A stretch of 64,000 bases of DNA from Utricularia gibba (Eukaryota > Plantae > Magnoliophyta): assembly GCA_002189035.1 (NCBI GenBank), contig NEEC01000016.1, positions 2,294,001 through 2,358,000 on the forward strand. Reading direction: 5' to 3'. A model generated the notes under the pieces. It saw only the letters and a list, made by a program, of their open reading frames with translations. It did not search any database and had not been told where the DNA came from. Shown one piece after another: positions 13,625-27,520 of the stretch. Position 1 is the stretch's first letter, and every line of letters starts with the position of its first letter. The translations under genes were made by a program, and so were the position numbers.

Positions 13625-15716
13625 TGTTGCATGTCATTTCCTCAACAAATTTTAAATATTTAAAACGTAAAACACCAAAAAGCGTAGTACGAGTATCGAT
13701 CTCAAGGAATTGTTTTTCATGAAAAGTGTTTTGTAAAGACCTTTCACAAAATGTCATGGTTTTGCAAAATGTGGTTTTTAAGATGCACAAAGAAAAGTTA
13801 CAACCTAAGTGATGGGCCTTGACTACGGGACGCAGTTCCTGCGAATAAGATTCCATCTCCTTCCTTTGTCTATCCTCGCTTCGGTTTTCACTGATTTCTT
13901 CCGAATAGCTGGTTATAGGAGCAAGGAATAGTCTACTCTCCCTTACACTCTGATTGACAAGGAGGCACGGGAATAGCCTCATGTTATTTCCCCTTGGACG
14001 ATTAGGAAGACAAGAGGATTGCCTTCGATTGCCTTCATAACCGAATTGCACGCGTGTGCCCAGCTGTTGCCAATGGCCAGTGGCAGGTCTAAGGTCACAA
14101 CCTGTATATTGTCGCGGTACCTAGGCCACAAACAATCCGCTACATCCCTCGAATCGGCAGGGTTGGAGTTGGTGCTCTTCTCCTTGATCTTCACCAAAAT
14201 CCGCGAGGAGTGGCCTGCTACTCATGGACCTTGACTAAGAGTCATTATAGAAAGACTACAAAGAACCAAGTGTATTGCTCAAGACTTGGAAGGAAATTTC
14301 ATCTACTCCCAGAAACTAAAGAGTTTTAGCCACAAAGGGCCATCAAAACAGAAATGAAATTGGAAACTAAATGTTCTTCCTCCTTGGAGAGGAGGAAGAA
14401 CCTAAAAGTTGTAAGTACAAGAGAAATTGTTTAAAAAAAGTCCAAAACTAAGTGCTCCAAGTGACTTTTATATCTCTCCCCACGTGTATTAATTCATCTG
14501 GGTCCCCTTCCCATCATTCCTTCTATCTTGCATGCTCCAGTAGCTTTCCTTTGCGTATAAGTTAGCGCCCAATCATTGCTGCAGACTCTGACATGCCGTA
14601 AGTCAGGAGCCTTGACCGGTGTTAGTTTTCCACCCATAATCGCTCCAAGTCGCGTACAAAGCACGAAAAGTCAGACTCTGACCACCTACAATACTCCTGC
14701 AACACTCCTTACATGTCTCGGTCAAAGTGTGAGCAAAAAGACATAAAATATATAAAAAATAGGAAAATAGGAATTTTCTAATAAAAATCAAATACTTAAT
14801 AATAAGACTCCTATTTGGGCGACTTAGCAATTAATTAATACATAATAATACTAATAATTAACTAGAAAATGACACTTAACATATTCCCCCACACTTAAAT
14901 CATGCTTGTCTTCAAGTATGAAAATCATAGCAATCCATGAAAAACGGCAGAACCTAAGTCATGATGCATTACTAAGGTACATTTGTTCCTACAACAGGTA
15001 TTTACTCCAATTCTTTTCTTGTCCTTCAATCAAATTAAGGCAAGCCACTCAAGTTCGCATGCATCAGTTAAAGACTTAACCAATGACTATTTATACACTA
15101 GCATCATCAAAGTAAAACAGCAAGAGACATACACTATAGTGACACAAGACCTTCTTCTCTCTTTTCTCTCTTTTTTTTTTTTTTGATAGAGGTCCCCGCT
15201 TTGGGGAAGAATATTTGGATTACGGAACCTCATGTGTGGTGTTAACCACGGTTTCGCCAAGCATTCTTACCTTTGGCACCCCTATTATCTCTTCTTTCTC
15301 TTTTTTTTTCGGTCTCGGTCTGGTCACTATAAGAGCAGCAAAAATTTATTCACAGCATAATATATACAAGGAATGAAAATGTAATCATAGCCACGGTATA
15401 ATCTTTTCTAAAACATGCAACAAAAGCTTGATATCTAGAAGGAAAAATAATTGAAGTATTTTCCTAACAGCAAGGAATTCATAAACCTAAGCATGATCAA
15501 TCCTAAAAATTCTAGCCTTATTCATGGAAGCAAATGTACTTGAGGAGCATAGTGGGGATTTTTCATAAACAAAAACAAAAGAAAAACAAAACATGAAGCA
15601 CGAAATCAGAAAAAAATTCAAAACAATTCAACACATAAGTCCTAATGCCCAGAAAATACTAGAAAATAAAAAGAGGTGTAAACTCCTCCCCCACACTTAA
15701 TTTTGAGGATGCACCT
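13625..15716 (-). mobile_element. Athila-like 3' LTR (13625-14881, family C) with PPT and 3' internal region, truncated
   Basis: Minus strand TTAAGTGTGGGGGAATA|TGTTAAGTGTC at 14881-14900; second TTAAGTGTGGGGGAGGAG at ~15683-15700. Confidence 0.8.
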
Positions 15717-15739
15717 TAGTATTATATTGAGTTAAAATC

Positions 15740-16005
15740 ACCACTTGTTACATTTCGCATTGAAATCTGATTTCGTTTACTAAACTTACTTACCACTACT
15801 AGTCCAAGTTTGGACTAAGACTTACTATTATTCCAAATTATAAATTTACTAAAACACTTAACAAGCACAAGCTCTTCGTGATCGACCCCGACATTCACTA
15901 TACAAGTTTTCTAAATTTGTATTTTTTGTAGATTAGGGACTTTAAATTTATTTGATATGGAAGTTTGCTTTTATTGCAACGACCATCTAAAATTTCCATT
16001 TATCA
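15740..16005 (+). repeat. 3' fragment of an Athila-like LTR ending TTTCCATTTATCA
   Basis: Reverse-complement homology to LTR ends at 46711 and 53592. Confidence 0.7.
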
Positions 16006-16298
16006 TACTATGATTTCATGTTATTTTGTAAAACTGTTTTCCAATCCCAAAAATATGGTACTTTTTGCAAAGGATAGCCACCCCTGTAAGCTTTAAGATG
16101 ATATGAGTTTGTTGTAGCTTATGCAATCTATATCTCTATGTATCATTTGATAAACAAGTTAGGAAAGAATGAAGAAGACATAGATGCATATCTCCAGCAC
16201 TATGGTTGTACCACGTGTACTACGGCTAATATGTCAAGCATGTCTGAGATATCATATATAAGTGAAAGGCTAATAAGTATGAAGGTGAAGTAAGAAAG

Positions 16299-17471
16299 TG
16301 ATAAACGAAAATTTATGCAAATCATTAAAATTGCAAATTCACTTATCAAATTAATTTTATAAACCTAATTCACAACCAATCATACAAAAAATATGAACAT
16401 AATGGTTCAGGGTTGAACAGAAGAGCCACGTGTTTACCACGTAAAGGTTGATGCATGCTGGTTTTTGTAACGGTTGGAAATTAAGTCTAAGCTAGGACTA
16501 ATAGTTTCACAATAATATGCAGAAAGACAGTAAACGGGTAAAAGTAGATCTTTATTTAAAATCGATAAAGGTGATCTTTGGGACTTGTAGGGGCTGCATG
16601 CTCATCACTAAAATAATCTCATCTAAACTACAAATCAAGCATCCAACAAGAAAAAGTTTAGGTTTACCCAAACTCTTGTTTTCCTTTAATCTTTAGTCTA
16701 CCTTTAGTTAGGATTGCTTAGGATGAGTGTCACTACCTCTACCTCTTAAATCTATGCTGGTTTGTTAAAGAAGTGGTTGATTTATGACTAACAAGATTAA
16801 AAGAATGATTTGCATATTCTCCCTTTTAGTCCCAAGGCACCTCTAGTTGCTTAGTTATTTATACTAAAAGAAAATAAAACACTTTCATAACACAGCGTAA
16901 ACATCATCCATGTTTCAGAGTTGGACAACCAAAAATAAACAATAATAGAAACAAAAATCATAAGTAGTTTGTGGTGATAGCTAAAACTACTCCTGGATAG
17001 GAGTAGTACTCTTGAGAAGAAAATCTCCAAGTGTAGTTGAGTTCTTCATCGTCTTCCTTCTTCCTCATGGTTCTTCTACAATTTCCTAATAGATCCCTCT
17101 CTCCAAAATTGTTTGTCATGTTCTTCAAAGTGTGGAGATATTTTTTTTTTCCTCATTATGTCAAAAATCTACTTTTTCTTTCACATTGAAATTCGATGTC
17201 TTATTTTTTCAGCTTTTGTCCCTACCTTCTGTCACTTCATTGTTCTCTTTTGGCTCCTTGAGATTTAGGCTGCTAAAATGTGTTGTATTGCTCAAGAGAA
17301 TAATTAGGACAAAGATTGGAACTAAATGCATGTTTCACTCTCAATTAGGAATAAAATACGCAAATAGTGGTGCTAGTCACCAAAATATAGAAATACATAA
17401 TGAAATTTGAGTTTTATAACAAAATATTAATTATTTTTCAATCATTAAATACTCAAAAATATGTGTTATCA
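16299..17471 (-). mobile_element. Athila-like LTR, probably solo (about 1173 bp)
   Basis: TGATAAACG at 16299 and GTGTTATCA at 17471 match the family termini; TSD degenerate (GAAAG/AAAAA). Confidence 0.6.
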
Positions 17472-18676
17472 AAAAAATATGACTGTGAAAATGTGATAAT
17501 CACTTTGCAAACGCATAAAAACTATCAAAGTAATAAATATTATCGCTTCCACATGAAATTGATTATTTATATTTTCCTTAAAAAATGACCTAAAAAGGAC
17601 TGAAAACAAAACAATATAATTGTTTTTTTTAAAAAATATAGAAAGATAGTCTTAAATCAAGGTTCCACTTCTACTAAAACTCACCAATGTGTATCTATGT
17701 AAATCTAGAGGATTGACCAACTTATACAAGTTCTGAAATTGTTATTCTAAAGTAGTAATACTCGATAACTTTTATAATATCATGACTTGTTTAATAGGAT
17801 TATATAATAAACTATGCCACAAGAGTCATTTCATCTTCACTTGATTTTAAGCAGTACCACAAGATTAGATCTAATATACCTTACCCATGATGTTTCATTT
17901 AGTTCTTCTTTTTAGGCACTTGAGGCTAATCATAGATTCTCTCATACTCCCTTAGGATTATATGGCATTAATGAGTACATTGATAAAAAAAATGTTAAAT
18001 AACATGGTAAAATAATCATATACATAGAACTTGTGCGAGTAAGGATTTGCCCCAGATTTTTAGCCATAAGTGCCTATAGGCATATGTTTGACTCACAAAA
18101 TAAACTTCTCTCAAAATAAATCAAATTGATTAAAAAATATATAAAAATAATTTAAGAATATAAAGAAAGTGAAATGAAAAAATATACAAAACCTACCTAT
18201 AGTATCATAAAAAGTACAAATAAAAATGACGTAAAATCACTTACGGCATGTCAGAGTATCGCATACGTGTGTTCTAATTCAAAACACATTTGAGAAAGTT
18301 AAAGAATATTTTGAACCTTATAGAACATATGCATTTCACAAACAAAAGAAATAGATTCATTTTTGTGAAAAAATTGGGAGCAAGTATGATAAATTACCAA
18401 GAATGCTTCTAAATTCTTACATATATATGACTCTATAAACATGTCATTGGATGTCAACACTTTTTTTTTTCTTTTAGTTGATCAATCGAGGAAATGATTA
18501 CAACGTGTCATCCTAATACAATAAGGTACCTACATATTTTCTATAATTAGGGAGACATTGGAGAGGTCTTTGGAGCTCTTAAAATCCATATGATTCAAGT
18601 ACTCATTTATCAAGTTAACCATACTACGAAATGGGATATAGACCTATTACTATTGCGAGACTAGATAATATTCTAA

Positions 18677-18861
18677 TGTAAGGCCAAGGGTCTTGTGACG
18701 GTTATGTATCCCACATTCATTATAGATGGGGGAGTGGACATGCTTAAATAGAGGAACATTGCTAATATAAGGTCTTTTCCTTGGAAGGGGAGAACATAAA
18801 ACTGTGAGGGTTGGATACCCAAAACGGACAATATCATGCAAGGCGAGTGTGGGTCGTGACA
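18677..18861 (+). mobile_element. TRIM solo LTR (185 bp)
   Basis: TGTAAGG...GGGTCGTGACA; perfect TSD TCTAA; TATCCCACAT and CGGACAATATC motifs typical of plant TRIMs. Confidence 0.85.
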
Positions 18862-19185
18862 TCTAATGTCTTCAGAATATGATGACGTATTAGAACATTA
18901 TCGACATTCATCATATCATAGAGAAACTGACATATCTTTTAACACTTCTTATTTTGCCGTTGTTAGGAACTCCATGTCACTATTGCAATTATCCATGAAA
19001 TGTTTAAATGAGGGGCCACACAAACCAACTAATATGATACCATTACAACATTCCACTTCTACATTTTAAAAACTTGAATAGTGAATTTCTTCTTTAAAAA
19101 AAGGACAACAAAAAAAAGTATTTTGTATTTTTTTTATTTTCATACTATGTATTTATTTTACATTATATTTGATTTCATATCTATT

Positions 19186-20185
19186 TGTTAAGTGTCATTT
19201 TCTAGTTAATTATTAGGTATTATTATGTGTAATTATGTATGAAGTCGCCCAAATTAGGAGTCTTATTATTAAGTATTTGATTTTTACTAGAAAATTCCTA
19301 TTTTTCCATTTTGTGTATATTTTATGTCTTTTTTCTCACATTTTGACCGAGACATGTCAGGAGACTCTAAGTATATGTTGCAGGAGTATTGCAGGTGGTC
19401 AGACTCTGAGTTTTTGTGCCTTATACGCGAGTTGGAATGATTGTGGGCGGAAGACTTACACTGGTCAAGGCCCATCACTTACGGCATGTCAGATTTTGAA
19501 GCAATGATTGGACGCAAACTTGCACGCAAAGAAAGTCTAGTGGCGTACACAAGACAGAAGGAATGATAGGAAGGAGACCCAAAGGAGTTAATGCACATGG
19601 GAAGTCATATAAAAGCCACTTGGAGCACTTAGTTTCGATATTCTCTTCGCACTTTTGAACAATTTCTCTTGTACTTAGAACTTTTGAGTTCTTCCTCCTC
19701 TCAAGGAGGAAGAACACTTAGTTTCTTTTCGTTTCTGTTTCCATGGCCCTTTTGGGCTAAAACCTTTAGTTTCTGGGAAGTAGATGAAGTTTCCTTCTAA
19801 GTCCTGAGCAATACACTCGGTTCTTTGCTGAATTGATTTCGGATTCCGCATACTTCCACGCGCCTTGTTGCAGTCTTTCTGTAACGACTCTTAGTCAAGG
19901 TCCATGAGTAGCAGGCCACTCCTCACGGATTTTAGTGAAGATCAAGGTGAAGAGCACCAACTCCAACCCTGCCGGTTCGAGGGAAGTAGCAGATTGATTG
20001 TGGCCTAAGTACCGCGACAATGGACAGGTTGTGACCTTGGACCTACCATTGGCCATTGGCAACAGCTGAGCACACGCGTACAATTCGGTTTTGAAGGCAA
20101 TCAAAGGCAATCCTCTTGTCTTCCTAATCGTCCAAGGGGGGATCACATGAGGCTATTCCCATGCCTCCTTTTCAATCAGAGTGTA
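19186..20185 (+). repeat. Athila-like LTR (family C), 3'-truncated
   Basis: Starts TGTTAAGTGTCATTTTCTAG; homologous to 13625-14881 and 55437-62596. Confidence 0.8.
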
Positions 20186-20379
20186 AGGGAGAGTATACTA
20201 TTCCAAAAAAATTATTAATGAGTCATTAAACTATAACTAATATATCATATCAATGTATTACAAAATATTTATTTAAAATTAGAAAACATATTTTATTTGC
20301 AAATATTCATTGTTAATTAAAAGTTGCGTTAGAGACCAAATTAAATTATATTCAATAGATCAGATTAAACATAGTTTTG

Positions 20380-21720
20380 TTGAGCTTTTGTTAGAGACGA
20401 ACATGTGACAAGAAGTGTGAGAAAGGAAGCATCACATAGCAACGTTCATCACCTGGATTTACCGCTTCTACATTATTTTCTTTGTGAATGTGTTGTATAA
20501 TGTTTGTTCAGACTTATAAATATTTGTTGATGAGGAAAACCTTTAGGAATGCGACACCTTTAGAATTTTCCTTCCATTAGTTGATTTTCGAGGGAATGGT
20601 GAAGTTATATCGAATACGGCTGTCGTGATTTGTAAACAGTTTGTAAAGTAAAAGATGGTAGAAACATAAATGATGAAGGCTTGAGTAAGGAAATTGTAAA
20701 CAAACAACAAAAATGAACTTAAGCGATAAATCTTAAATAAAGAGATGTTCCTAGGATTGGAATCTTACCTAGCTATTTTTGTTAGATCTCCCTTCATTTC
20801 TGATCTTCTCAAGTACTCGATTATAGCAGTAATGAATTGCCCACCCTCCCCTTACATTCTCTTCCAAGGAAGTACGAGAATAGCCTGATATTGATCTCCC
20901 TTGGATGGACAAGAAGATAAGAGATCCAATCATTGTTACATTCATGGTCAAATTGTGTGCATGTGCCTGAGTATTGCCAATGACCCAATGAGTTCAGATA
21001 CGAGGTCATTATCTATACAATTATAGACAAAAATTTTTCCCCCAAACAAAAGAGCATGAGTTGGTGCTTCCTACCTTGCTTCTCTTCAAAACTTGTAGGC
21101 AATGATTAGCTAACTATGAATCTTGAATAAGGGGCTACTATAGAAAGACTATAACATAATCGCATGGAGACATATGGAATCCGATCAAATTCAAAGAAGA
21201 AGTGGAACTAACAAAATATAGAGCCGGGAGTCTATCAACTAGAAACATGGGTGTCTAGCCGTGAATGGTCATATAAAGCAGGAAAAATAAAAGCAAACTT
21301 CTAGAGAGAACCTAGAGGAAAATCTTTTGGAGAGATAAACTAAGTGTAACTGAAATCGAAACTGAAACTAAAACTAGAATGAAAGTCTGAGAATTATCCA
21401 TGTCATCTAAATTTTGTGTCCATCTAATTCTGCAATGATCTTGAGTGACTTGAAAGGGACCTCCTACTCTGACACTGCAACACTAATGTTTTCTTCTGTT
21501 AGAAGTTCCCATGTACCACATGACAAGGCTCATCATTAGGCATCTGTAGTCTTCTAGAAATCAAGGGGATGTCACTTTGGGAAGATCTATTCTATCACCA
21601 TGTGATGCTTCCTTTCTCTGCTGCATGTTCACCTCTAATCAAACTTCAACAAAACTAAACTAAAATATTAGATAAAATACATAAATTAAGATAATTATCC
21701 TAATCTAGATACAACCAAAA
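20380..21720 (-). repeat. Athila-like LTR fragment (family A)
   Basis: Colinear homology with 10400-11600; boundaries approximate. Confidence 0.7.
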
Positions 21721-21779
21721 ACATATATTGTAAACCTATAATTTGACAATTCTAATTACATATAAACATAGATACAACG

Positions 21780-24707
21780 AAGAAGAAAATGCTGATTTAC
21801 GAAAACTGGAGTTGGAGCTATTGGAAGAAAAATGACAAAGTATTTATAGTCGGTAAGGGGCTTATTCGAGAAGAATGGAAAAGGATTATAATAAGTCCGT
21901 TTCCCCAAGAGAATTTTCAAAAGGAGACTTAGTGCTCCGAAGCATTCAACCATAGAGGCATGTGGGCAAATTAGACCGCAATTGGGAAGGCCATTATTGG
22001 ATCTCAAGGATAATAAAAAAAGGAGCATATCGTCTAGAACAACTAGATGGCGTAGAATTTCCAAGGTCATGGAATGCCTTGCATCTGAGGAAATTCTACA
22101 CCTAACCAACCCGATATCAATCTCGATCACAAGTTTTCATAGGTTTCGATATTTTCTTCACCAAAACATTCAAGTGGTTATAAATCCCTCCAAAGTGGAG
22201 ATGAGATTACAAAATCGTAAGCCCTGGCTAAGTCATATAAGCCCAAGCAGACCTCTGAAGTCCACGCCCCCTGACGTGCATCGTGAATCATGAGCCCTAG
22301 CCAAGCCATGTAAGCCTAGGCAAATCTCTTAAGTTTCCACCTCTTGGTGAGCGCAGCAAACCAGCTCGGGGCTCCCCCCGAAATATAAAATCCTCAAAAC
22401 CCAGGCACCAGTGATAAGGGTTAGCCCTGGTACAACACGGGCACCAGTTTTCTAAAACCGTTCGCGTAAGCCCTTAAAAGGCCCTTAATTACAAATTTTA
22501 CTGTCGAATCTTGAGACGGCAAGAGCACCCAAAGCAAATCCACCCGTGTTGTTAAAACAATGGGATTCTGGCCAGAAGAGGGCCCATTCAGATTGTTAAA
22601 GCAAATCCACCCTTGTTGTTACAACACGGGCACCGCAGCTTGGCATCGTTCTCTCGACCGATCCTTGCCCGAATGAGTGCTATCAGGCGCTCCCAATCCG
22701 CCTTGCTTCCGAATTCGGGAGCTAGACACACGTCTGCGATCACATCCAACATGTTCTCATCCTTCCTCAAGAGATCGATCCTGTCGAAGCGCTGGTCCGT
22801 GATCGACAACCTGAACTCCCAGCTGATTTGACGTCTTTGCCGATACAAGAGAAGGCCAATTAAGTCCCCAGCGTATATATCTGTTAACTCGGAAAAGTAG
22901 GCCGAGTTAACAAAATCGTTGAGAAGCCCCTGCCGAGAAAATTCACAATCATGTAACTCCCTCTCGAGAGCCGAAATGCGATCCTATGCACGCTTCAATT
23001 CCGTTTCAGCCTCTTCAAACCTCACCTAGAGCCTCCTTTTTCCGACTTGGCGTCATCAACTGCCTTCCCTATTTCTTCGACGAGGTTTTGCAACTCTTCT
23101 TCCCGATGAGCACACTTTTCGAGAATACTTCTCAACGAACTTCCCTCCTCGGCCATTGAATTCATCTTTGCGTCTTGGCCCTCAACATGTTTTCGAAGTC
23201 AAAGGATCTCCTATGAATGAGTATCGGCTCCTTTGGCCATCCTCTAGCCAAAAGTCAGAGCCTGAGAAGGGGACACCGAAGAAGGAGCTGAACCATGTAT
23301 AACTCTGAGAAAAGAAGAAAACTTGTACCTGCAAGATCCCTTTCAATATAACTTCCGGCTGAGCGTTCGAAAGACTTGGCGCAGCCTCCTCCAACAACCT
23401 CCTCAATTCGGTCAGAACCGACGATAGAGGAAGCACCGGATCGCCCCTAACCTCTGCATGAGCAGGCTCTCTCAGTACGGCATTAGGGGGCCGAGGTAGA
23501 GGCATCCGCCGAAAAGAGCTCCGCGTTGCGAATCAGAGCTTCATCCGGAACCAGTGAAAGATTGAGTTTCTCTTCCCCTTGTCAGCTAGGAGAGGGGGAG
23601 TCGGCCCTCGAGTCTCAAAAACTTCAACCATTTGATTCCCCTCTGACGGGTGATCGTCAGCATCTGAATGAACTTCTAGGGATCCGATCTAGAAAGAAAG
23701 GTAACAAAGTGAGAATCGGGAACCTATATTCACCAATAACAGAAAACAAACCTACACAAAAGGTGTTGCCTCGGGTTCTTGCATCCTTTGAATCTCGGCA
23801 GAGAAGCAGGCCATGACCAAATCCTCCAGAGCACTTCTTCGGGCCATTTCTTTAGCTGCAACCAAAAATCGGGAAAACAATCACGATTCACCGCGGATGT
23901 TGAAACCTGGGGAAGCAGAGCCTAACTACCGCTTTGCTTCTTAGAGGGTTTATGGGCAAGCGCCTTAACCCTCTTCTTTTTCTTGGGGGCCGCAAGTTGA
24001 CCAGTTCGGGGAATCGGAGACCAGGCAGGAACAAGGGAGAGATTAAGGCGACACGTGGTGATGAAATCGGCCTAAATCGGTTTGAGACTTACCCACAGAA
24101 AAGCGATATGCCTGAAGTCGGTATATTAATAATTCTGATTCACCGACTTGCCTTGAAAAGGCCAATATCGGTAAATCAGAGGGGCTGAATGATGGGGTAT
24201 AAATCGAGTGAGGGAAATTGGCTTCTAAAAGATTGCCAAAAGGAGGTCTGATGGGATAATGCTAGCCGACAAACTGATATGTGTCAGAAATCTGACAGCG
24301 ACGGCCATATGGCATAGTCTGAAAAGTAGCCAAATTACGGCAGAGCAAGCGGCCGATATCTGAAGAGTGAGATCACAATGCAGGCGCAGAAAGCAACCGA
24401 CATCTGTAGGATTCAGGACTCAGTTAGATTGACTTCTTCTATAAGTACAGGAAATCACAAAGGGAAAGGGGTTCGATCCTTAACTTCCCCACTTGTATTC
24501 TCTCCCTTCAACTCCATCTAGTGAAGATTATCTCTGGCGAGCTCCAACAGCTTCGTGGTTTTTTCCGTTTTACGACGGTTTCCCCCTAAAAATCTTGCTT
24601 TATCGGAACCCCAAATACCACGCCAATTCAAACCGGGTACACTGCTCCCGGCCACACCCGTAACTCAAAATTCGGCACAACCCTGATACCGATTTTTGCC
24701 CTTAACG
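21780..24707 (+). mobile_element. Second Tat/Retand element, 5'-truncated (integrase tail, internally deleted antisense ORF, 3' LTR 24190-24707)
   Basis: 21890-22110 is homologous to 520-734; PPT AAATCAGAGGGGC; LTR homologous to 11702-12226. Confidence 0.88.
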
Positions 24708-24711
24708 TAAG

Positions 24712-25345
24712 TGATAAACGAAAAATTTTGAATATTGTTGCAATAAATCAAATTTTCATATCAAATAAATTTGTAAACCTTAATTCTCACAAAATTGAAT
24801 TTCAAGGTCGATGAAGGAGCATGTGCTTGCCATATTTTTCTTATATACAAGATCGCAAAATAGATGTCACTTTTAGTCTAAGCTCAAACTAATAGCAATA
24901 CGCAAATTTCGTAAATAAAATCGAATCACAATTTAAAAGATAACAAGTGCAAGTTTTGTGCACAATGTAATACTATGATACCTCAAAGTGGTCTATACTC
25001 ACAATTCTAAACAACCTGAGTCTACTCAAGTCATTTCTTATGTTTTTTATTAAGATAGCCCCTAATGTCATCATACATCTCTTATTTAGGTCTATCCATA
25101 TGCAAAATATGCAGAACTAGATCTACTCATCTCTACTGATTCTACCTAGGACTAACATCTACTATCCCCACCTTAATTTGTTGATCTAACTCTAAATCAA
25201 GTATCCGAGTTACAAAGCTGTACATTCCCCTCCTTAGGTCTACCCAAGAAATTATAGAAACCAAAGCTATGATGCAATGATCAATTATCTCTTGAACCCT
25301 AGTCCCACATCACCATTCTACACCTTAAGACATTCTTAGCTAGAG
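24712..25345 (-). repeat. Athila-like LTR fragment
   Basis: TGATAAACG terminus; homologous to 46711 and 53592 LTRs. Confidence 0.7.
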
Positions 25346-25699
25346 CGTTGTGTGCGGATAGGATCATAGAATTGGCACTATTCCATGTTGAGACAAAAAT
25401 TGTCCCTTTAAATGCTCATTTCCTTAAGACCTCAGGACTAATTCAGGCACGAGGGAGTGGATTTCTTTAGGTCTCTTGCAGGATTATGCGGGAAAGAACC
25501 CCCATTGAAGGAAAAGGGAGGAACCTCTGCTCAAACACTCACAAACCGAACGAATGAAAAGGGCTGCTGCTGCAGGGAATGAATTGACATGGTTTATGAT
25601 AGGTTTGGGGATTTGTTAAGGGAAGTGAAGGAACTGAAACAGGGAGTGAAGGACTCCTCCCTGACCAAGTAACATCGCTACATTACCTCATCTTTAGTT

Positions 25700-27520
25700 C
25701 TATTGTTATTTTTATTTTTATTTTTATTTTTATTTTCATTTTCATTTTTATGGCGTTAGTCTAAGTTAGGAGTAATTTAGTAGTAAGACGTTATTGTCAG
25801 GAGAATTTTGCGAACGGTTGAGGAATTTCCTTACGAGCATGGGATGTTTTCATGATGCACGAAATGCATGAATTTTGTTATGGCCAATTATGAACCCATG
25901 ATCATGTTTTCCCTTGATTCTTTTTGTGAGACAGCAACATGTTCAATGTAGTCAGATTGGTGCATTCAAGATTTTTTAAATAGATTGGCATGTGTTGATT
26001 TTTCATGAGGGACTGGTTGTCACGAAATTTGTAGATAGCAAAAACAAATGGGTCAAAAAAGCATCATCACCAGAAAAGTGATGAGACCCACGTCTTGAAA
26101 AGCAACACACAACAAAAGAGCGTATGTAGACGGCAGAGTAAAGAGCACAAGGGGGGTTATGAGAACAACTCAGAGGAGTAGAAGGGACCTCTGGAGGAAT
26201 AAAGAGGAGAGTGCATAGCCCACACTCACATACAAAGAGGGGAAGCAATAGTTTACCTGAGTCGAACTCTAAATTCTCCCTAGTCTCGATCTCTGTAGAA
26301 AGAAAAAAAAGAGGATGAAAAAAAAAAGAAGAAGAAGAAAAAAGTATAGCAGTGGCAATCAGCATTCTTGAGAGTTAAGCACATGCTATTTTCGCTCATT
26401 TAATCTTCGAATGCACCTTTCAGGATAAAATTGTCATGTATGCTTGAGTGACACCCTCACATGCACACTGGCACCCTACAATTCATGTGTTTTTAGCTGA
26501 ATGATAAGCATCTGCATCGCTCTATAGGAGATTCATCAACTATTTACCTCTTGTTAGTCTTAGTTAGGACTTGAGGACAAGTTTAGTGTCGTTGTAGCAT
26601 AATGTGATAACACATATTTTTGAGTGACTCAATGTATGGAATTTACTCATTTTGTGCTACAAAAATTATGCTTTATTGCCTAGTTCTATATTTTTGAACA
26701 TAAGTACCATAGTAGTGTCAATTTAATCTGCGATTTAGTCCCAACCTTCTAATAGTTTTATTTGAGTAATGCAGTGCAGGTTGCAACACAAATCCCTAAG
26801 AGCCGAATATGCACAGTGTAATGGCAGAAGATGAGTCCAAAAGCCTGAAAAGTGGTACACACAAAATCCAAGGAGAAAAAAAGGGGAGATTTTGGACAAA
26901 AGGAGAAAAAAGTTGGAGAGAGGGGTAGATCTTCCCTTGGAGACTCACAACAAATTTCTGGAGATTTTTCTGGAGGAAGAAGAAGGAGGGGAACGATGAA
27001 CTAGAAGAACAAAGCTTTTTCTTGAGAATTTATTTTCGTTCTTGACGTTTACTGTTACTAGCTAAGACTAGATATTGCTCGTTATTGTTTAGCTTTAAAG
27101 CAAGGATGTTGTTTAGGATATGCTATGAAAACATTTTCCTTTACCTTATCATGAGTGGCTAAGCACTTAGGGGGGTGCCTTGAGGTGAAAAGGGGAGAAA
27201 TATGCTAATCCGTCCTCAGACCTAATAAACCATAAGTCACACCATTTTCTTAACAAACCACGATAGATCCAGGAGGGGAAGTAGTGAAACCCAACTTAAC
27301 AACCATAATTAGAGGTAGACCAAATATTAGGGGGAAAAACAAGAATCCGGGTAGACCTAGATCTTGTGAGTTAGTTGTTTGATTTATGATTTATGTGAGC
27401 TTGTTTAGTGATAGGCATACATTCCCTAGGAGTCCCAAGGCATCACTCATTTCATTCCAGAAACTACCGAATTCCAAAACTTGTTGCTTTTCCTTACTGC
27501 ATTCCATCGTAGTTCTGTTT
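25700..27520 (+). mobile_element. Athila-like 3' internal region plus 3' LTR (family B, LTR from 26605), truncated
   Basis: 26010-27520 is colinear with 38180-39700; LTR start TGATAACACATATTTTTGAGT is defined by the solo copy at 48907. Confidence 0.8.
26588..26604 (+). other. tRNA-Asp 5'-end-like 17-mer at the PPT position
   Basis: GTCGTTGTAGCATAATG versus recalled plant tRNA-Asp(GTC) nt 1-17 GTCGTTGTAGTATAGTG (15/17); abuts the LTR TG. Confidence 0.7.

Noticed and set aside
13392-14051. 219-aa minus-strand ORF
   Set aside because: It spans an LTR and a minisatellite, has no recognisable domain, and is not kept open in paralogous LTRs.
16010-16295. Weak CACTA transposase-like patch (GKNEEDIDAYLQH)
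   Set aside because: Too short and degenerate; no CACTA termini seen.
26588-26604. Interpreting the 17-mer as a tRNA gene or SINE interrupted by an LTR
   Set aside because: No remainder of a tRNA is found after the LTRs, and the motif sits in the conserved Athila GAGGACAAG..TAGT context in both copies.
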